From assembly GCA_035084275.1 (NCBI GenBank), contig CM068755.1:13020001-13084000 (forward strand): 64,000 bases of DNA, given 5' to 3'. This DNA is from Hydrolagus colliei (Eukaryota). The number at the start of each line of letters is the position of its first letter. Positions within the stretch are counted from its first letter, which is position 1. The position numbers were made by a program, and so were the translations under genes. Under the pieces are notes generated by a model. The model had not been told where the DNA came from. It saw only the letters and a program-made list of their open reading frames with translations, and did no database searches. Of this stretch, positions 35,893 to 48,619 are shown piece after piece.

Positions 35893-38826
35893 ACATTATA
35901 AAATATTCAGAAATGAATGATTTTTCATTTGACACAACTTTGGACTTCATCTGTGCTGTTTAAAAAATGCAAAAAATTAAAGACAAAGAGAATGCTAGTA
36001 ATCTCACAAGAAAGACTAAGAGATGATCTGGGCAATGCTGCACTTAAATATTCAAGTCACAGTTTTAATGATTTAAGGGATCTTTAAATGGAGACTTCAG
36101 CAATGTACGGCTGCACTTAAGTACTGAGTGTTGTAAATTAACTGTACTTTCCACTAAAAGGCTAGCTGTACCAAGGTTGTTTCAGGTCTCTGAGGCCTAT
36201 GTGTCTTCTGAAATGCGTTGATTACTCTCCAAAGAAAACTGTATTGGGAGATATTTGCTGACCACAGCTATACATTACTGTCCAATTAGTATAAGATTGG
36301 CAAGCAAGTATTCACTGTAAGCAATGAAAGTCCCATCCCCCCCTGAGACAAAGCACAAGAAAGTGCAACCAGTTCAGATCAAATTCACCTCCGTTCAGAA
36401 AAGAGAACGTTCATATTGCATGATTTTCCTTAATTCACCTGTGTCAGAGTGGAGTAAACAGTAAGAGGAAATCAGGTCTGTCATGCATACTACTAGATGT
36501 GTACTCACTGAATCAAAAATGATTCAGTATCAGGGAATAAAGCACAGCAAGCCAGGATCATGGACAATTATGAGGTGAACCGTGTGCTTTGCAACATTGA
36601 AAAACTCATTTGAAAATACATGCCCTCGCGCGCCTCTAATCACCTTTGTCACTAAGCCGAGCTCCATAGTTCACAGATGTCTCATTGAGAAGATGCCATA
36701 AACTAGGAGATCCACTGCAGTTGGATGTTACCATTCGGTCTTTAGTCATCCATCAAATATTCATGTCTGAGATGCCATGCAATCTATAACAATTGCTAAA
36801 CAACTACAGTACTGATACAGGCAGCAGAGGTGTGAAAGACACCACCTAAGTGAAGCATTAATGATTTTACCCAATGCTGAATTTATAACCTGTGCAAAGC
36901 TGGAACCAAATATAACACTGTGAAATTAAAGAATGATTCAGCACAGAGTAACAAGTAACCAAACCAAACTGGGGAACAGGATAAAACCTAAAAATGTAAA
37001 CATGGGTGTTTGATATATAAACAAGTTTTAAAATGACGGGCTCATCTATTATTATACCTCAATTCTACTACATCAGTGTCAAGTGATTGAATCGTGTCTC
37101 TAGCCATGGTTTCTGTCTTGATGAATGTAGCATAGGAATAAGCTGAGAACAACCAGTTGTCAAACAAGAAGGCTTTCTTTATTTTGAAAAAAGAAATATG
37201 CTTTTTCGGCTAACTACAGCATCTCATCATGTGCAAATTCCAAGCAGCAACATACTGTATCTGATTTGGTTCAAGTGTACCCTAGAGGACTGGTGCATAA
37301 TATCTTGAATTAGAAGCTACAGGACTTGAAGTGCTTGCATACAGTGCAGGTCCAAACTAGGTCATATTTTATCAATTCTAACCAATTTTGGCATGCACTA
37401 TATGCCGTTAGATAATGTAATTTTTCTGTTATAATTGTGAGCAGTTAGTATAGAGGAACGAATGTGTAAATGAGATACTCTGGACCTAACCATCTGTGCT
37501 GAGCTGTGAAATAAATATGCTAATATTTCATATATGGTTTGACATCTAGCTTATATAAGATAACCTATCATAAAGCAACCAAAGGCAGCCTTGCCGCTTC
37601 CTAATTTAGAATCTGATTTCAAATCCCTTGGGGCAAAATAGACTGCTGTGTCATGCTCTGATGTGTAGAGAGAAAGACAGTCTGACCTGTTTGGGGCAGT
37701 GTCAATTAATGTCACCAAAAAATATCTGATTGCAAGTAGATTCTTGCTGGCACGGGTTTTTACTTGTCCAAAATACCTATGCCTAAAAAAAGATCAGAGT
37801 TGTTAGCTGCCTTCATCAGCGTTAACTTTAAGAAATGAAATAACTTTGCTGTAATTTGTAAATAAATAGTCACCTCACGTCTGGCAAATTTAAAATGTTA
37901 GATCTCTGGTATTTTGAACTGCGAAAAAGAAAAGCATTCCTTTATTTTGCATTATCAATATTAAAAAGTGACACGATTTCATTAATTCTATTTACAAGCT
38001 TAGGAAACCCAGCATAAAAACGGCATCAAGTGTCCAATTTCTTTCGCAGATTAGTGCAGCTCCCCCCTGAATCAATAATCGTTGAAATGTGGCCACTTTT
38101 GTTGATTTCAAATGAAATGGTTGCTCCTTTAAACTTCTGTGGAAAAAAAAGACAGCACATCTGACCCTGAGGGTCACCTGATGTCACAGGCATCATTCCA
38201 CACAACTGAAAATAATCCCTTACTGGGCATGAATGTAAGGAATTCAGAAGAAGCCTGACATTAGCAGGTGCTTTCTGTCAGCAACCCTATAACTTTTTGT
38301 CCGGTGTCCAGAATAGTTCAAGCAATGCTCTGTCACTATGTCCCAGTCGCAGAATTTGGCACACCATCTGCCCTGGGAGCAGACTTTGTGGCACCTCTGA
38401 GGTCAGCATGGTTGTAAGGGCTTCTCTCCTCATTTAAGACCATCACAGTCTCTGAAATTAGAATTGTCAGAGTAAATATGGATTGCAACACACACACCAT
38501 TAATTGGTGTCCTTCAAACGACCCCCAGAAAGACCGGAAAAAGTGTTGCATTTAATTTTTTTAAAAAAAAACTATGCTTAGCAAATGTCCAAGATAATTT
38601 AGCTCACAACTTGTTATTGATGACATTATTAGATAACAATCAGGAATGTCATGATTATATATTTTGCTATGATGTTAGATTGGACTACAAATTGCCAGTA
38701 CCAGGGTATCAATATTCTGTATGTTGCATTGCAGAAATGAATACAAATTGAAAGTTGAAGTGTGTGAGTTAAATGTACAATCTGTTTGTTAATTTACAAT
38801 AATTCACACAGTATAATCCCTCTCCA

Positions 38827-38915
38827 TAATAATAATAACCCTTACATTTGATATAACGTCTTTACCATGGAGAGATATCTCAAAGCACTTCACAGGATTC
38901 TCTGTAAAGTGTCTG
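38827..38915 (-). mobile_element. SINE 3' tail
   Basis: (AAT)n CCCTTACATTTGATATAACGTC...ATCTCAAAGCACTTCACAGGAT..CTGTAAAGTG. Confidence 0.75.
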
Positions 38916-40269
38916 TGGGCAAACGTCACACAGTAGTAGTAAAGCAAGGAGTCTTCACAATAGATCATTGCCAATACTCGTGAGATATAACACGCCAGAT
39001 TGACTATCTGCAGTCAAGCTTTTTGCCAACATGTAGCATTTGTGTCGAGCAAGCCAGACATAGCGGTAATGCCAGTCACCCTATTTCGCTGGTGCCAGAT
39101 GTGCATGTTTGTACAAACTCTGCCATCTTTACCAACTGTGCCCGTTTTAGGATTTCGCCTTCATCAGCAATGTCAGGTGCTCCAACTGTGTCGGTCATGA
39201 CATTACCAACCGCAGTTTGATTTGTGCGACTGTAACTCTGCCAACTGCACCAGCTGTGCCACTGTGCCAGTCTTATAATTATCCCAACTTGGTCCGAGGT
39301 GTCACTGAAGCAACGCGTGCCAATTGCAACAATTACGCCAAAATAATCCACTTGATAAAATATTAAGGCCTTTGACAGTGCCATTCTTGACTGAACCAAC
39401 TATACCAACTATAAAAGCTGTTAAATCATCATCCGATCTAGCAACAGAGTCACTTCGAGCAAATAGCATTGCTGTTAACTATACCGAATGAATTCACCCG
39501 TACCGCGTTACCATCAGCAACCTGTGCAAAGACGAGAAACATGTGCAGGAACCATTCTCGGCAGCTGCAGCAGAGCTGATGAGTATTTCCAGTGTTTTTG
39601 GACAGGTTACTCAGTAAGCAAACTGCATGAATGCACATGGAAGACCAAAACCCACCCGTAAAATAGGAGGAAAGTAGAAAGAAAACAGTGCACCATTAGC
39701 TTTGCTCAGGGTGTCCTGATCTCACCTAAATGGAAGCTACGTAGCAAATCATTACAATGTCACCTTATGTTTGGAGCTTTATCAATCACACTTTTTACCT
39801 GTGTGGTTTTTTCCTTTCCATTTGGACAATTGACTTTTTCTTTGTTTGTCCATGAAATGGACGTAAACTCACAATTCTAAATTTTCACACCTGACTCGGG
39901 GGCACAGGTGGGTTCAGTGCTCAGAAGGCTCACAGCGTTTCACCACTCTGCCAGTCTTGTTGGTAATCAGGAGCTGTCAAAGGTGTGATTCAGCCTCGCA
40001 GAAATCTCAGTTGCGGTGGGAACAGGAAATGTAATTCAATCGAAATGGACAAAGTGGAGCCAGAATTAAAGAACCTACATTACCCTTCTTAGTGCATAGC
40101 ATTCCACCTATTCTGCAGTTGCAGAGTTTATGGGGGGTTAGTCACAGGATTTACGTGCATACTGGCAAAATAATTCTGGCTTGCTGGATGCAGTGAAATG
40201 TTATCAACTATTGATCGGTTGAATTTCAGATTAGCATTATGCACGGCACATTTGTCAAGGAGAAATTTT

Positions 40270-40380
40270 TAATAATAATAATCTTTTCATCAGTTGTAGC
40301 CCCTTTCACATGGGGAATATGCCTCAAAATGCTTCACAGGATTTACTGTAAAGTATAGTGATTGTGTACTTCGTACGCCA
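40270..40380 (-). mobile_element. SINE 3' tail
   Basis: (AAT)n...CCTTTCACATG...CTCAAAATGCTTCACAGGATTTACTGTAAAGT. Confidence 0.7.
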
Positions 40381-41289
40381 GAAATGCCATTGACACCGGA
40401 ATTGTCAATGCCTTTACGTGTAACAACAATCTGGTATTTTAGTGCAGGAAAGTCATATTTTGCAGCTGCACTTACACAGATCACAGAAGTCTAGAGAGAA
40501 ATTAAATCAGTTTTCAGATTGCTTTAAACAACCATTCAAGAGAGAAACAGACAGCTATGTTGGCAAATAATTCAATTGAGGGGTGCAAAAGGTATAGTAA
40601 GTCATGGATTATTGACGTATTTTAACATTTTGAGAGCAGTCAGATATGTTTATGCCTCTGGGTCATACTTGCAATCATTGCTAAGATCACCAAAAAAAGG
40701 TTTCGTTGTTCTGTCCTCTATCTTTATTTTCGAAGCACTGCACAGCAAACCATCAAAAGTCTTTGATTTTAGCAGGAATGAAAAAGATGGATAGCCTTTT
40801 TTTTTCCAACACTGGTTAGCCTGGGGGATATCCTTCGATGGTCCATGGCCTACTTACAAAACTTAAAAACTGCTTTCTCTCCAACTGGGAAAGCCACCAG
40901 GCAGCTGCCCTGCATGTTGATGTGAAGAACAGGGGGGAAAATATTTAAGGATTCAAAAAATATATAAACCTTTGCTCTTTATTGTAACCCAAAGGCGTTG
41001 TATAGCACTTTGCAAAAATGTCTGCTATAATTTACCCACCTTAAGGCAGAGGTACAGTCCATTATTTAGCAACAAGCCCACTCACTTTCTTCCTTTACCT
41101 TTTTTTCAGGTGTAGCTGAAAATACCTTTAGGCTTTTTTTTCCAAAATGTCAAGCTCTACATTAATGCTATTACTATTCGTGAGCAACAGTGATATTTGA
41201 TCATTTTATTATGAAGCACAACTTTGCCCTGCATGTGATCAGCTAACTAAGCCAGGAATTAATCCAAGAACCTACAGAGTGTAAAGGAA

Positions 41290-41378
41290 GGAAGTTTGGC
41301 TCCACGTGTGTCCCAGCACCTTGGGACGTCCTTCCTATGTGAAAGGCGCTATACAAATGTAATTTTGTTGTTGTTGTA
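41290..41378 (+). mobile_element. L2 3' tail
   Basis: AGCACCTTGGGACGTCCTTCCTATGTGAAAGGCGCTATACAAATGTAA..(GTT)n. Confidence 0.75.
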
Positions 41379-41559
41379 GCTGTTACATGTGCTGGCAAGG
41401 CCTTACTGGAAAGGAAGAAACCGTCTTCAATAACAGGGGTCTGCTGATCGTTTTCAAAGTCCAAAGAGGTCCTGACAAGAGGTCATTCCCCATGCAAGCA
41501 CCATAGAAAACATGAATAGCCCAAGATAATAATTGCCGCATTTGGTGTAGCGCGGCATC

Positions 41560-41830
41560 ATGTCAGAAGGACATCTCAAAGAGAGGATTTACTGTGAAAT
41601 GGAGTGACTCTGTATTTGTAGGCAAATGCGGCAGCTAATTGAGCACAGCAATATACCACAAATAGCCGTGGAATGAGTCACCAATTTTGGGGGGGGGATT
41701 ATTGGTCAGAATACCAGGATAAACTCCTCTTTTCAAATCGTGTTATGGAATCTTTATCGTTCACCTGAATACCTGTCTCTTAGACAGACAGTACTTTGCT
41801 ACAATGTCTCATCTGAAGAATAGTTCTTCC
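41560..41830 (-). mobile_element. SacSINE1/DeuSINE-like remnant
   Basis: GGACATCTCAAAG...GTAGGCAAATGCGGCAGCTAATTG.GCACAGCAA..CCACAAA...AATGTCTCATCTGAA. Confidence 0.65.
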
Positions 41831-42089
41831 AAAATACCGCAGAACAGGAGATAAGGTCTGATGAAAACTGTATTCAAATTCTACCTCATTTTAGCTTGTA
41901 AGAACATTACTTTTAAAAAAAAATAATTTAAGATTGTGCAAAAATCTAGTAAATTCCTCAATTCAGTCTCAATCTAGAAGCCAGTTCTTTTTAAGCTCTA
42001 TGGAAAACCAGCATCCAAATTAAGATTGAATGAGGAAAGAATGATTCAAGTATTTGTCTGGGAGGCTTCAATTTAAGGATATAAATGTT

Positions 42090-42172
42090 GGATTTACTAT
42101 AATTCCTGTGAAGCATTTTGAGATGTCTCAACGATGTGATAAGGCACTATATCAAATGCAAGGCTTATTACT
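42090..42172 (+). mobile_element. SINE 3' tail
   Basis: CCTGTGAAGCATTTTGAGATGTCTCAACGATGTGATAAGGCACTATATCAAATGCAAGG. Confidence 0.8.
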
Positions 42173-42514
42173 ATAAAGTGGTGATGAAAGCAATGTTTTG
42201 AGGAGAACCCACATAACTTTTACAAGTGATTAAAATATATTGTGTAAAGGGGTGACAAATCACAGATTGAAAGAGGATATATTTCATGGAGGATAACAGG
42301 AATCAAGTGGATAAGATGCCTTTTATTTCACAAGTATGTTTTCTTAAGCCTTTCTCATGAGTGAAATAAGAGACAGATTGCTCTAAAACAAGAGACAGGT
42401 ATTGATTCTTTTATATGTGGTGACTTTTTTTCACAAACATTTACAAGTGAAGGGAGCTTCTCCTGGTGTCCAAGCCAACAATCCTAACATAAAACTGATT
42501 GTCTACTTCATACT

Positions 42515-42650
42515 CTATGTGGGACATGGCTATCTGCAAATTGGCTACTGTAGTCACTTGCATATACACAAACACTACGCTTTACAGTGAATCCTATGAA
42601 GCCTCTCAGATGAAGCGATGAGGCATTATATCAAAAGTAATGGTTATTAT
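42515..42650 (+). mobile_element. SINE 3' half, degenerate
   Basis: TGTGGGACAT...GCAAATTGGCT...CTTTACAGT..ATCCTATGAAG...AGGCATTATATCAAA. Confidence 0.65.
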
Positions 42651-43148
42651 ATCACATTGTCAGACTCTAAACAAGCAATGTAAGAAACTGTGCACTTTGG
42701 TAGTTACATGAAGGGTATGGGATATGGCTTGTGTCCTGAAGGTTGAAGTCCTGACTAAGGGGGAAGAATATAACTTATATCAGCAGTGGAACTGCAATTG
42801 AGAGCCAAAATAAAATATCTTTCCAATAACTTGTCAAAAAGCGCACTCGCTTTAACATTTGTAGAATTAATATCAAGGAAAACTCAATCTTCTTTTTAAC
42901 ACATTATTAAATTTATTAACACAAGAAGTGTTTTGTTATGTGGCTGCTTGCATTTGTTTCCATGGGGTATAATGTATCATGTTGAAAATCTCACTCACGA
43001 GATTGTTTGCGATCAAGAGAACCCTTCAGCTATTTGATCTCATCCCTCCAGAATAGCCATCAAGCTGTTTTAAATGAGACTCGGCATCCTGGCCTCAACC
43101 AACCTCCCTGATAACCTTTTACATTGCCTTTTAGGCTCTGTGGTAAAC

Positions 43149-43704
43149 TAGGGTCCGTTGATATGGAAATTTTCCAATTTAGATATATCGATGAGCTCAT
43201 ATCAAGATATACCGAAATATCGATATTTCCGGGTTTTTCGTACTGAGCAAGCGCGCATTCGGAGTGCGCGCGCGTTCCGGGTGCGCACTCTCTCTCATCC
43301 CCATCCCCCCCAGCCGCTTCTCTCCCCCCCATCCCCCCCAGCCGTCTCCCTCCCCCCCCAGCCGTCTCTCTCCCCCCCCCAGCCGTCTCTCTCCCCCTCA
43401 CCACCCCCCAGCCGTCTCTCTCCCCCTCCCCACCCCAGCCTTCTCTCCCCCCTCAACCCCTTGCATACCTGTATATTGTATTCGAGGACTATGAATACAA
43501 TATGGCGGCTTTGCACCTCGGTCTGTGCATTGTGTATAGAGATGAGCATTCTGGGTCTTGTAGTTCAGTGTGCGCGCATTCCGTTTTTTTACCTCGATAT
43601 ATTGATTTTTCGATATATCGATATTTTTGAAATGCCTATATCGGTGTATAGATATGAAAATTATATCGGGTTTTAGCGATATATCGATATATCGCCGGAC
43701 CCTA
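43149..43704. mobile_element. Non-autonomous hAT-type DNA transposon (MITE), copy 2
   Basis: Perfect 8-bp TSD TGGTAAAC (43141-43148 and 43705-43712); TIR TAGGGTCCG...CGGACCCTA; subterminal CGATAT/ATATCG arrays. Confidence 0.95.
43297..43455. repeat. C-rich minisatellite (~20-30 bp unit CCCCCCAGCCGTCTCTCT, ~6 copies) inside MITE copy 2
   Basis: Repeated CCCCCAGCCGTCTC units directly visible. Confidence 0.9.
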
Positions 43705-45364
43705 TGGTAAACAGATACTTCCTAAAAGTATCCTTTGCTCTAAACTCTTAGAGATACTAAAACAAACTCTTTGTTCAGCAGATAAGCTAAAGGTGCTTGG
43801 GTATAGGTTGTGCTTGATTTTTTTAATCAAGTCGTGATAGTGCTACTTTCTAGTTGCCTAACCCATTGGCATGTTAGATGTTAGAGCAATATAAACATAG
43901 ATAGTTAGAGCAAATGGACATAGATCTAGCTGTGCGGTGTTGTAGCTCTGTGGGCCAGCAGTGACACTCTCCGCATTTCAGCACCTTGCTGACCCGCAGA
44001 TTTTAATGCATATTTGTGTTCCTGCAAAATTTATGTGGCAATGCAGATCAGAAGTTAAACTGGTCCCATGACAAATTATTAATGCCACTGTTTTAGGAAC
44101 TTTAACTGAGGTGTTCGTAAGGCGTAAGTGAAGTAAGAGAGTAGATTCAGTCCCATTAGCTGAATAATTTATACAAATGAGAGACTGTTCAATTAAAAAC
44201 TATATTCAATAGTCTGTATCCCCACATAAGTGTTATAAAATTTAAATATTTAGGCTCTGCTGTTACTCCATTCAGTGTTAAGCAATGGTGTAGTACACTG
44301 GTGGCAGTTTATAATTAATCTCATTTTATCTTAATTATCCTTAAATTACTAAACATCAAGCTACAAGCTTTTTTTTCCATTTAAGATCACGCCAGATTAG
44401 AAGGAATTCAGTTTAACAACAAATTTGGTCCACACGGACTTTTCATCCATTTCCACAGTAATGGATTCGCTATTAAGTACAAGCTCCTTCACTTAGGAAC
44501 ATAGAAATTGCAAACGACAAGAGAAAGACCATCGGCGGTCATCTACCAAAAATACATCATCTACCAAAGTATACAAAATAACATTGATAAAATAATAAAT
44601 AATTTGCACATAACTGGTGATTACTTTAGGGTACTTCAGCTCCAGTGATTTTTTGTAGAAACAAATCTGATTTGCAAATTGTCTCCCCTCCATTCCACCA
44701 TTTACTGAAGACTTTTTGACTCCCTTTTCCTTTCTCCCAGGCAGCCTTGCTATCGCAGGTTGCTTCCTGGGACCTCATCCAAGTGAATCATCCTTCAAGT
44801 GCGATCATCGTCAGTGTATGTCGGCAGCCCATTGACTTCTATACGTTGTGTATTACATGTATTTCAAAATGTATTTCTTGCTTGCAATTGGATATCATTC
44901 TGTGCCTTAAAAGTCAAAAGCAATTCTAATCATATTCTAAAGTTTGCAAAACACAAACATATCAATCAATTTTGTAAAGCTGCATAATAGGGCAAAAGGG
45001 AAATTCTGTTTACTAATTCTAAGTTCTCATTTCTGCTCAGATCCAGGCAATTTCTGTGCAGCAGTCACAAAGCAATAACTCTACATTACCAAGCAAGAGC
45101 TGTGCAGTGTGATGTCCTTTTTATTGGAGCCCCATGTTTACGGTAGCATGAGAGAAACTTGCTTGTAGTGCATTCATCATGTGACACACTGTCTGTGATA
45201 TTAAATGCAGTGCCATCATAAGGATAAAACGTATAATCAGTCATTAAAGTCAAGAAGAAGAAAAAAAAGACCCAGGTAGATTAAGGAAAAAAATCAATAA
45301 TGTGACAGAAAACACAGAAGCAACGAAAACGCAGAAAAGAGTATATTTTGTTGGTCCTTTTCTG

Positions 45365-45480
45365 TCATAGAACCATACAATTTTACGGCACAAAAGGAGG
45401 CCATTCGGCCCATCTAGTCTGTGCCGGCTCTTTGAAAAGAGCAACTCAATCCCACTGCCCCGCTCTCTCCCTATAACCTA
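45365..45480 (-). mobile_element. CR1 3' end remnant
   Basis: TCATAGAACCATACAA...GGCACAAAAGGAGGCCATTCGGCCCATC..GTCTGTGCCGGCTC, typical antisense of a shark CR1 3' terminus. Confidence 0.7.
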
Positions 45481-45737
45481 ACCTAACCTGTCCTTCCTTG
45501 CTTTTTGATTTATATTGATTTCATCAGTATCATTTCACTTATTTTCACATTCATCACTTTTAAGGCTTTCTTCATAGTTCAGCTTAATATCACATTAAAT
45601 ATGACCAACAGACGTTCCCGTGTCCCAACATGGAATGCTCGAAGAAAATAGTTTCTGAGGATCAAATTGGTCTTCAGGATTTCAGGAACCTCTTTTTCGA
45701 GGATTGTTTTATCACTTTTCGGAAAGCTATAAAGTTA

Positions 45738-46079
45738 ACCCTTCTGTCTTCCCATTACACTGGCTCCCTGTCCCTGAGAGGATCGACTTCAAGATCCTCA
45801 CCCTTATTTTCAAGTCCCTCTGCACCCTCTGATCTCCTCTCTCCCCAAACCAGCACCCACTGCCTTCGCTCCACTGGGTCTGGCCTCCTCCATGTCCCCC
45901 GAATCCTCTGCTCCACCCTCAGTGGCCGTGCCTTCAGCCACTCTGCCCCAAGGCTCTGGAACTCCCTTCCTCACACCCCTCACCCCCTCTCTTCCCAGTT
46001 TCAGGTCACAGTTAAAGACCTTTCTCTTCAACCGCCGTCCAGCGTGGAGGGCGCTTTATAAATCGAAGTTGTTGTTGTT
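45738..46079 (+). mobile_element. L2 LINE 3' fragment
   Basis: LHWLPVPERIDFKILTLIFKSL / LRSTGSGLLHVPR...GRAFSHSAPRLWNSLP / FRSQLKTFLF; tail GGCGCTTTATAAATC..(GTT)n. Confidence 0.9.
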
Positions 46080-47585
46080 ACAGTATCAAGCTGTTGCGTG
46101 AAAAAATATCCTGTACCCATGGCTTCAAACCCCCTTCCTCCCCACCCCCTTAAACCTATTCCAGGTGTTGATTACTTCCAAGTAACATGTACATTGTAAA
46201 CAGATTAAAACGGTCACATGTGCCCATGTTCAAATGAACACACAAGTTGGCATGCATGAAGCACTCAGAATTCCACTCGCAATGATTCAGGAGATTTGCA
46301 AAATGTCAGTCTTACTCCAAAACATCGCCAGGCGAGCAAACATATTTCACATTTCTCCAAAACGTTGTGAGCAGAGGCTTCGGTCAGTGTGCAATAAATC
46401 ACCTTTTGTTGTTTGAAACAAACACTTGCAGCTTATGTCTGCACCACTAAAAATCCACAGTTTTTGAAATTAATATCCGGCACCTCTCTCTTGGATAATT
46501 TACAGCTTTGTTTTGAGATGCCAGACTTGAAACAAACAACAAAGACAAATTCCATGAAAGTTTTTTTTGTCTTAAAGCTGCTGAAATACATTTGACTTTT
46601 TAAAGCAAACTAAAAGTGAGCCCGATAAAGTGTTTTTTTAAAAAAAAGCAGCATTGCAACATCAGTTATTTTTTCATTCTCAATAATAATCATAATAATA
46701 CTCAGTCACATTATTCCAGCCACAAGAAATAACAACTTAATTTTCTATTCAACAGATAATGAAGAATAACATGCTTCAGCCTATCGATAAACTGTCATCC
46801 TCCCAGTTCTGATTTCCATGCATTCTTAGATGTTACAAGAATGCGATCTCTTTCTACATAGGAACAGATGCTTCCTACTAGGAACGTGAAATAATTTTTG
46901 TGAAATAAACTTTGCAATAACGCGTGATTTGGATGGTATGCGGTTATTAATGCATTAACGCTTTACCTCATTTTGAACTGATTCTCCTCCATTATTTTCA
47001 GGCATAAACATCCCGCTTCCAATCACCTTGAAGCAGGATGAAACCGGAGAGCAAACACACATTCCATTCCAGTTCAGGAACTTCGCCACAGAAATTAATT
47101 TTTTTTTAATTGAAAATCCGCTCTATCACACGGCAACAACAGTAAAAGCAAATTAAAGGCTTGTGCAATGTACAATATTCCGTGGTAATGTGCTTGCTTC
47201 CATCGGTTACAGTTCTGTCTACTGTCTTTTCGACGAACTGGGTAATTAAAGCAACTACTCATGTTACTTCAGTGAAAATAATCAAACGTTTCGGTTGTAC
47301 AGCAAAGCACCTTATTGATCCGCTTGTGCTGCCTTCTGTGCATTTCATACAGGGTATCCGAACCCTTGCTCACGATGGGAATTGCAGCTTTCCCCCACCC
47401 ACCTACCCAATCATCCCAACTGTCCAGCGAATTGAAAAGAGAAAATTAAAACAGATTATTCTCACTCAGGCAATCATTTTCGGGAAACTTTTGTGTGGTG
47501 CAATAGCACCTTGTAATGTAGCACTGATGCCTTTCAAAAATATGGTGGCTTCTCCATCAACTGCAGGATGAAATTGAAGACTTAC

Positions 47586-47970
47586 CCACCAAGGCCAATC
47601 TCAAACAGCTCCAGAAATTGCTAGAGTCCTGGTCTTTAAATCTCCTTTTAAGTCCATTTCTTGCTTTGGAAAGAGGTGGTGATGGGGGAGGGGTGGGTGG
47701 TGTGGTGGGAGAAAAAACAACTGGGGTCAGGGAATCAGCAGAGACAACAGAACACAGAAGAAAAGTGTTTCACGTTTTGCTTTGCCATGTTGAGGAAACG
47801 CAAGCGTAAGATTCTCTCTCTCTCTTTCTTCCCCCCTCTTTCTCTTTCTCTTTCTCTTTCTCTCTCTCTCTCCCCACTTCCCAACCCCCACCCAACAAAT
47901 ACCTTTATATAGCAATGAACAGTGTGACAAACGCAAGCTGTCATAATATGCAGGTTAGCATGTCCAATAT
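47586..47970 (-). promoter_or_regulatory. Candidate TATA promoter and first exon of a minus-strand transcript
   Basis: TATATAAAG at 47911-47903, CCAAT at 47964-47968, a GA-rich leader, and donor TGG|GTAAGT after 47586; repeat-free context. Confidence 0.35.
47813..47871. repeat. (CT)n/(CTTTCT)n pyrimidine microsatellite
   Basis: tctctctctctctttcttcccccctctttctctttctctttctctttctctctctctc. Confidence 0.9.
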
Positions 47971-48619
47971 GAGGCAATCTTTAGAGTCCCAGGGGTTAGA
48001 GTTGGGAGCGTTGAAGGGAAAAAAAGCACAAGGATCAATAGTGCTCTGGGAAATAAGGTAGAAAAGGTTATTTACTCTGCATTGATCTGTTGCTTCAGTA
48101 GTAAAGAGCCAGCCTGTTTTCCCAGACAAATCTTTTGTTAACCTTTTAGCTGCAACATACTCACAAGCGAAGGGGGAAAGCACTAACAGGTGTAGATTAT
48201 GGATCGAAGCAGGTCATGGTACTTTGCTGTCGCTGCCTTGTGCCCATGTAACAACAAGCTGAAGAAATTCAAACATCAATAGGGATAATAAGGGCAAATT
48301 TATCAGAGCTGGCCTAGGCTCGCTGGAAGCCTGGCTTCGTCCTGTTCCCCAAATGAGGCTCGATTGATCTGGACATTCTTTTTCCTCAACATATTATCAA
48401 TACTGACGTCGCAAATGTGTTTGCTTCCCCCGAAAGACACTTATTCCCAGTGGCACAAACAGCCTGATTGCTCCTAAATACAGGCCCTTTTTAATGGGTG
48501 CTATTATAATTTGAAAAACGGATTAATGCAAAGTGGTAACACGCCCCTTTACGTTGGCTTCCGAAAGTGTTATAGATCCACCAAATGTAAACACAAGCTA
48601 CTCATTTATAAAATGCAGC

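Noticed and set aside
38336-38551. Protein-like 71-aa minus-strand ORF
   Set aside because: Unrecognised; an acceptor-like site at 38451 is followed by a stop within ~115 nt, so it is at best non-coding
43060-43676. ORFs of 76-172 aa (Pro/Ser- or Gly/Arg-rich)
   Set aside because: They arise from the stop-free C-rich minisatellite inside the MITE and have no transposase motifs
43808-43832. TTGTGCTTGAT resembling the miR-218 5' end, in a small hairpin
   Set aside because: Only 11 nt match, the rest is poly-T, and the stem is too short for a pre-miRNA
47161-47571. 136-aa plus-strand ORF
   Set aside because: TTG start, no recognisable family; more consistent with non-coding conserved-type sequence
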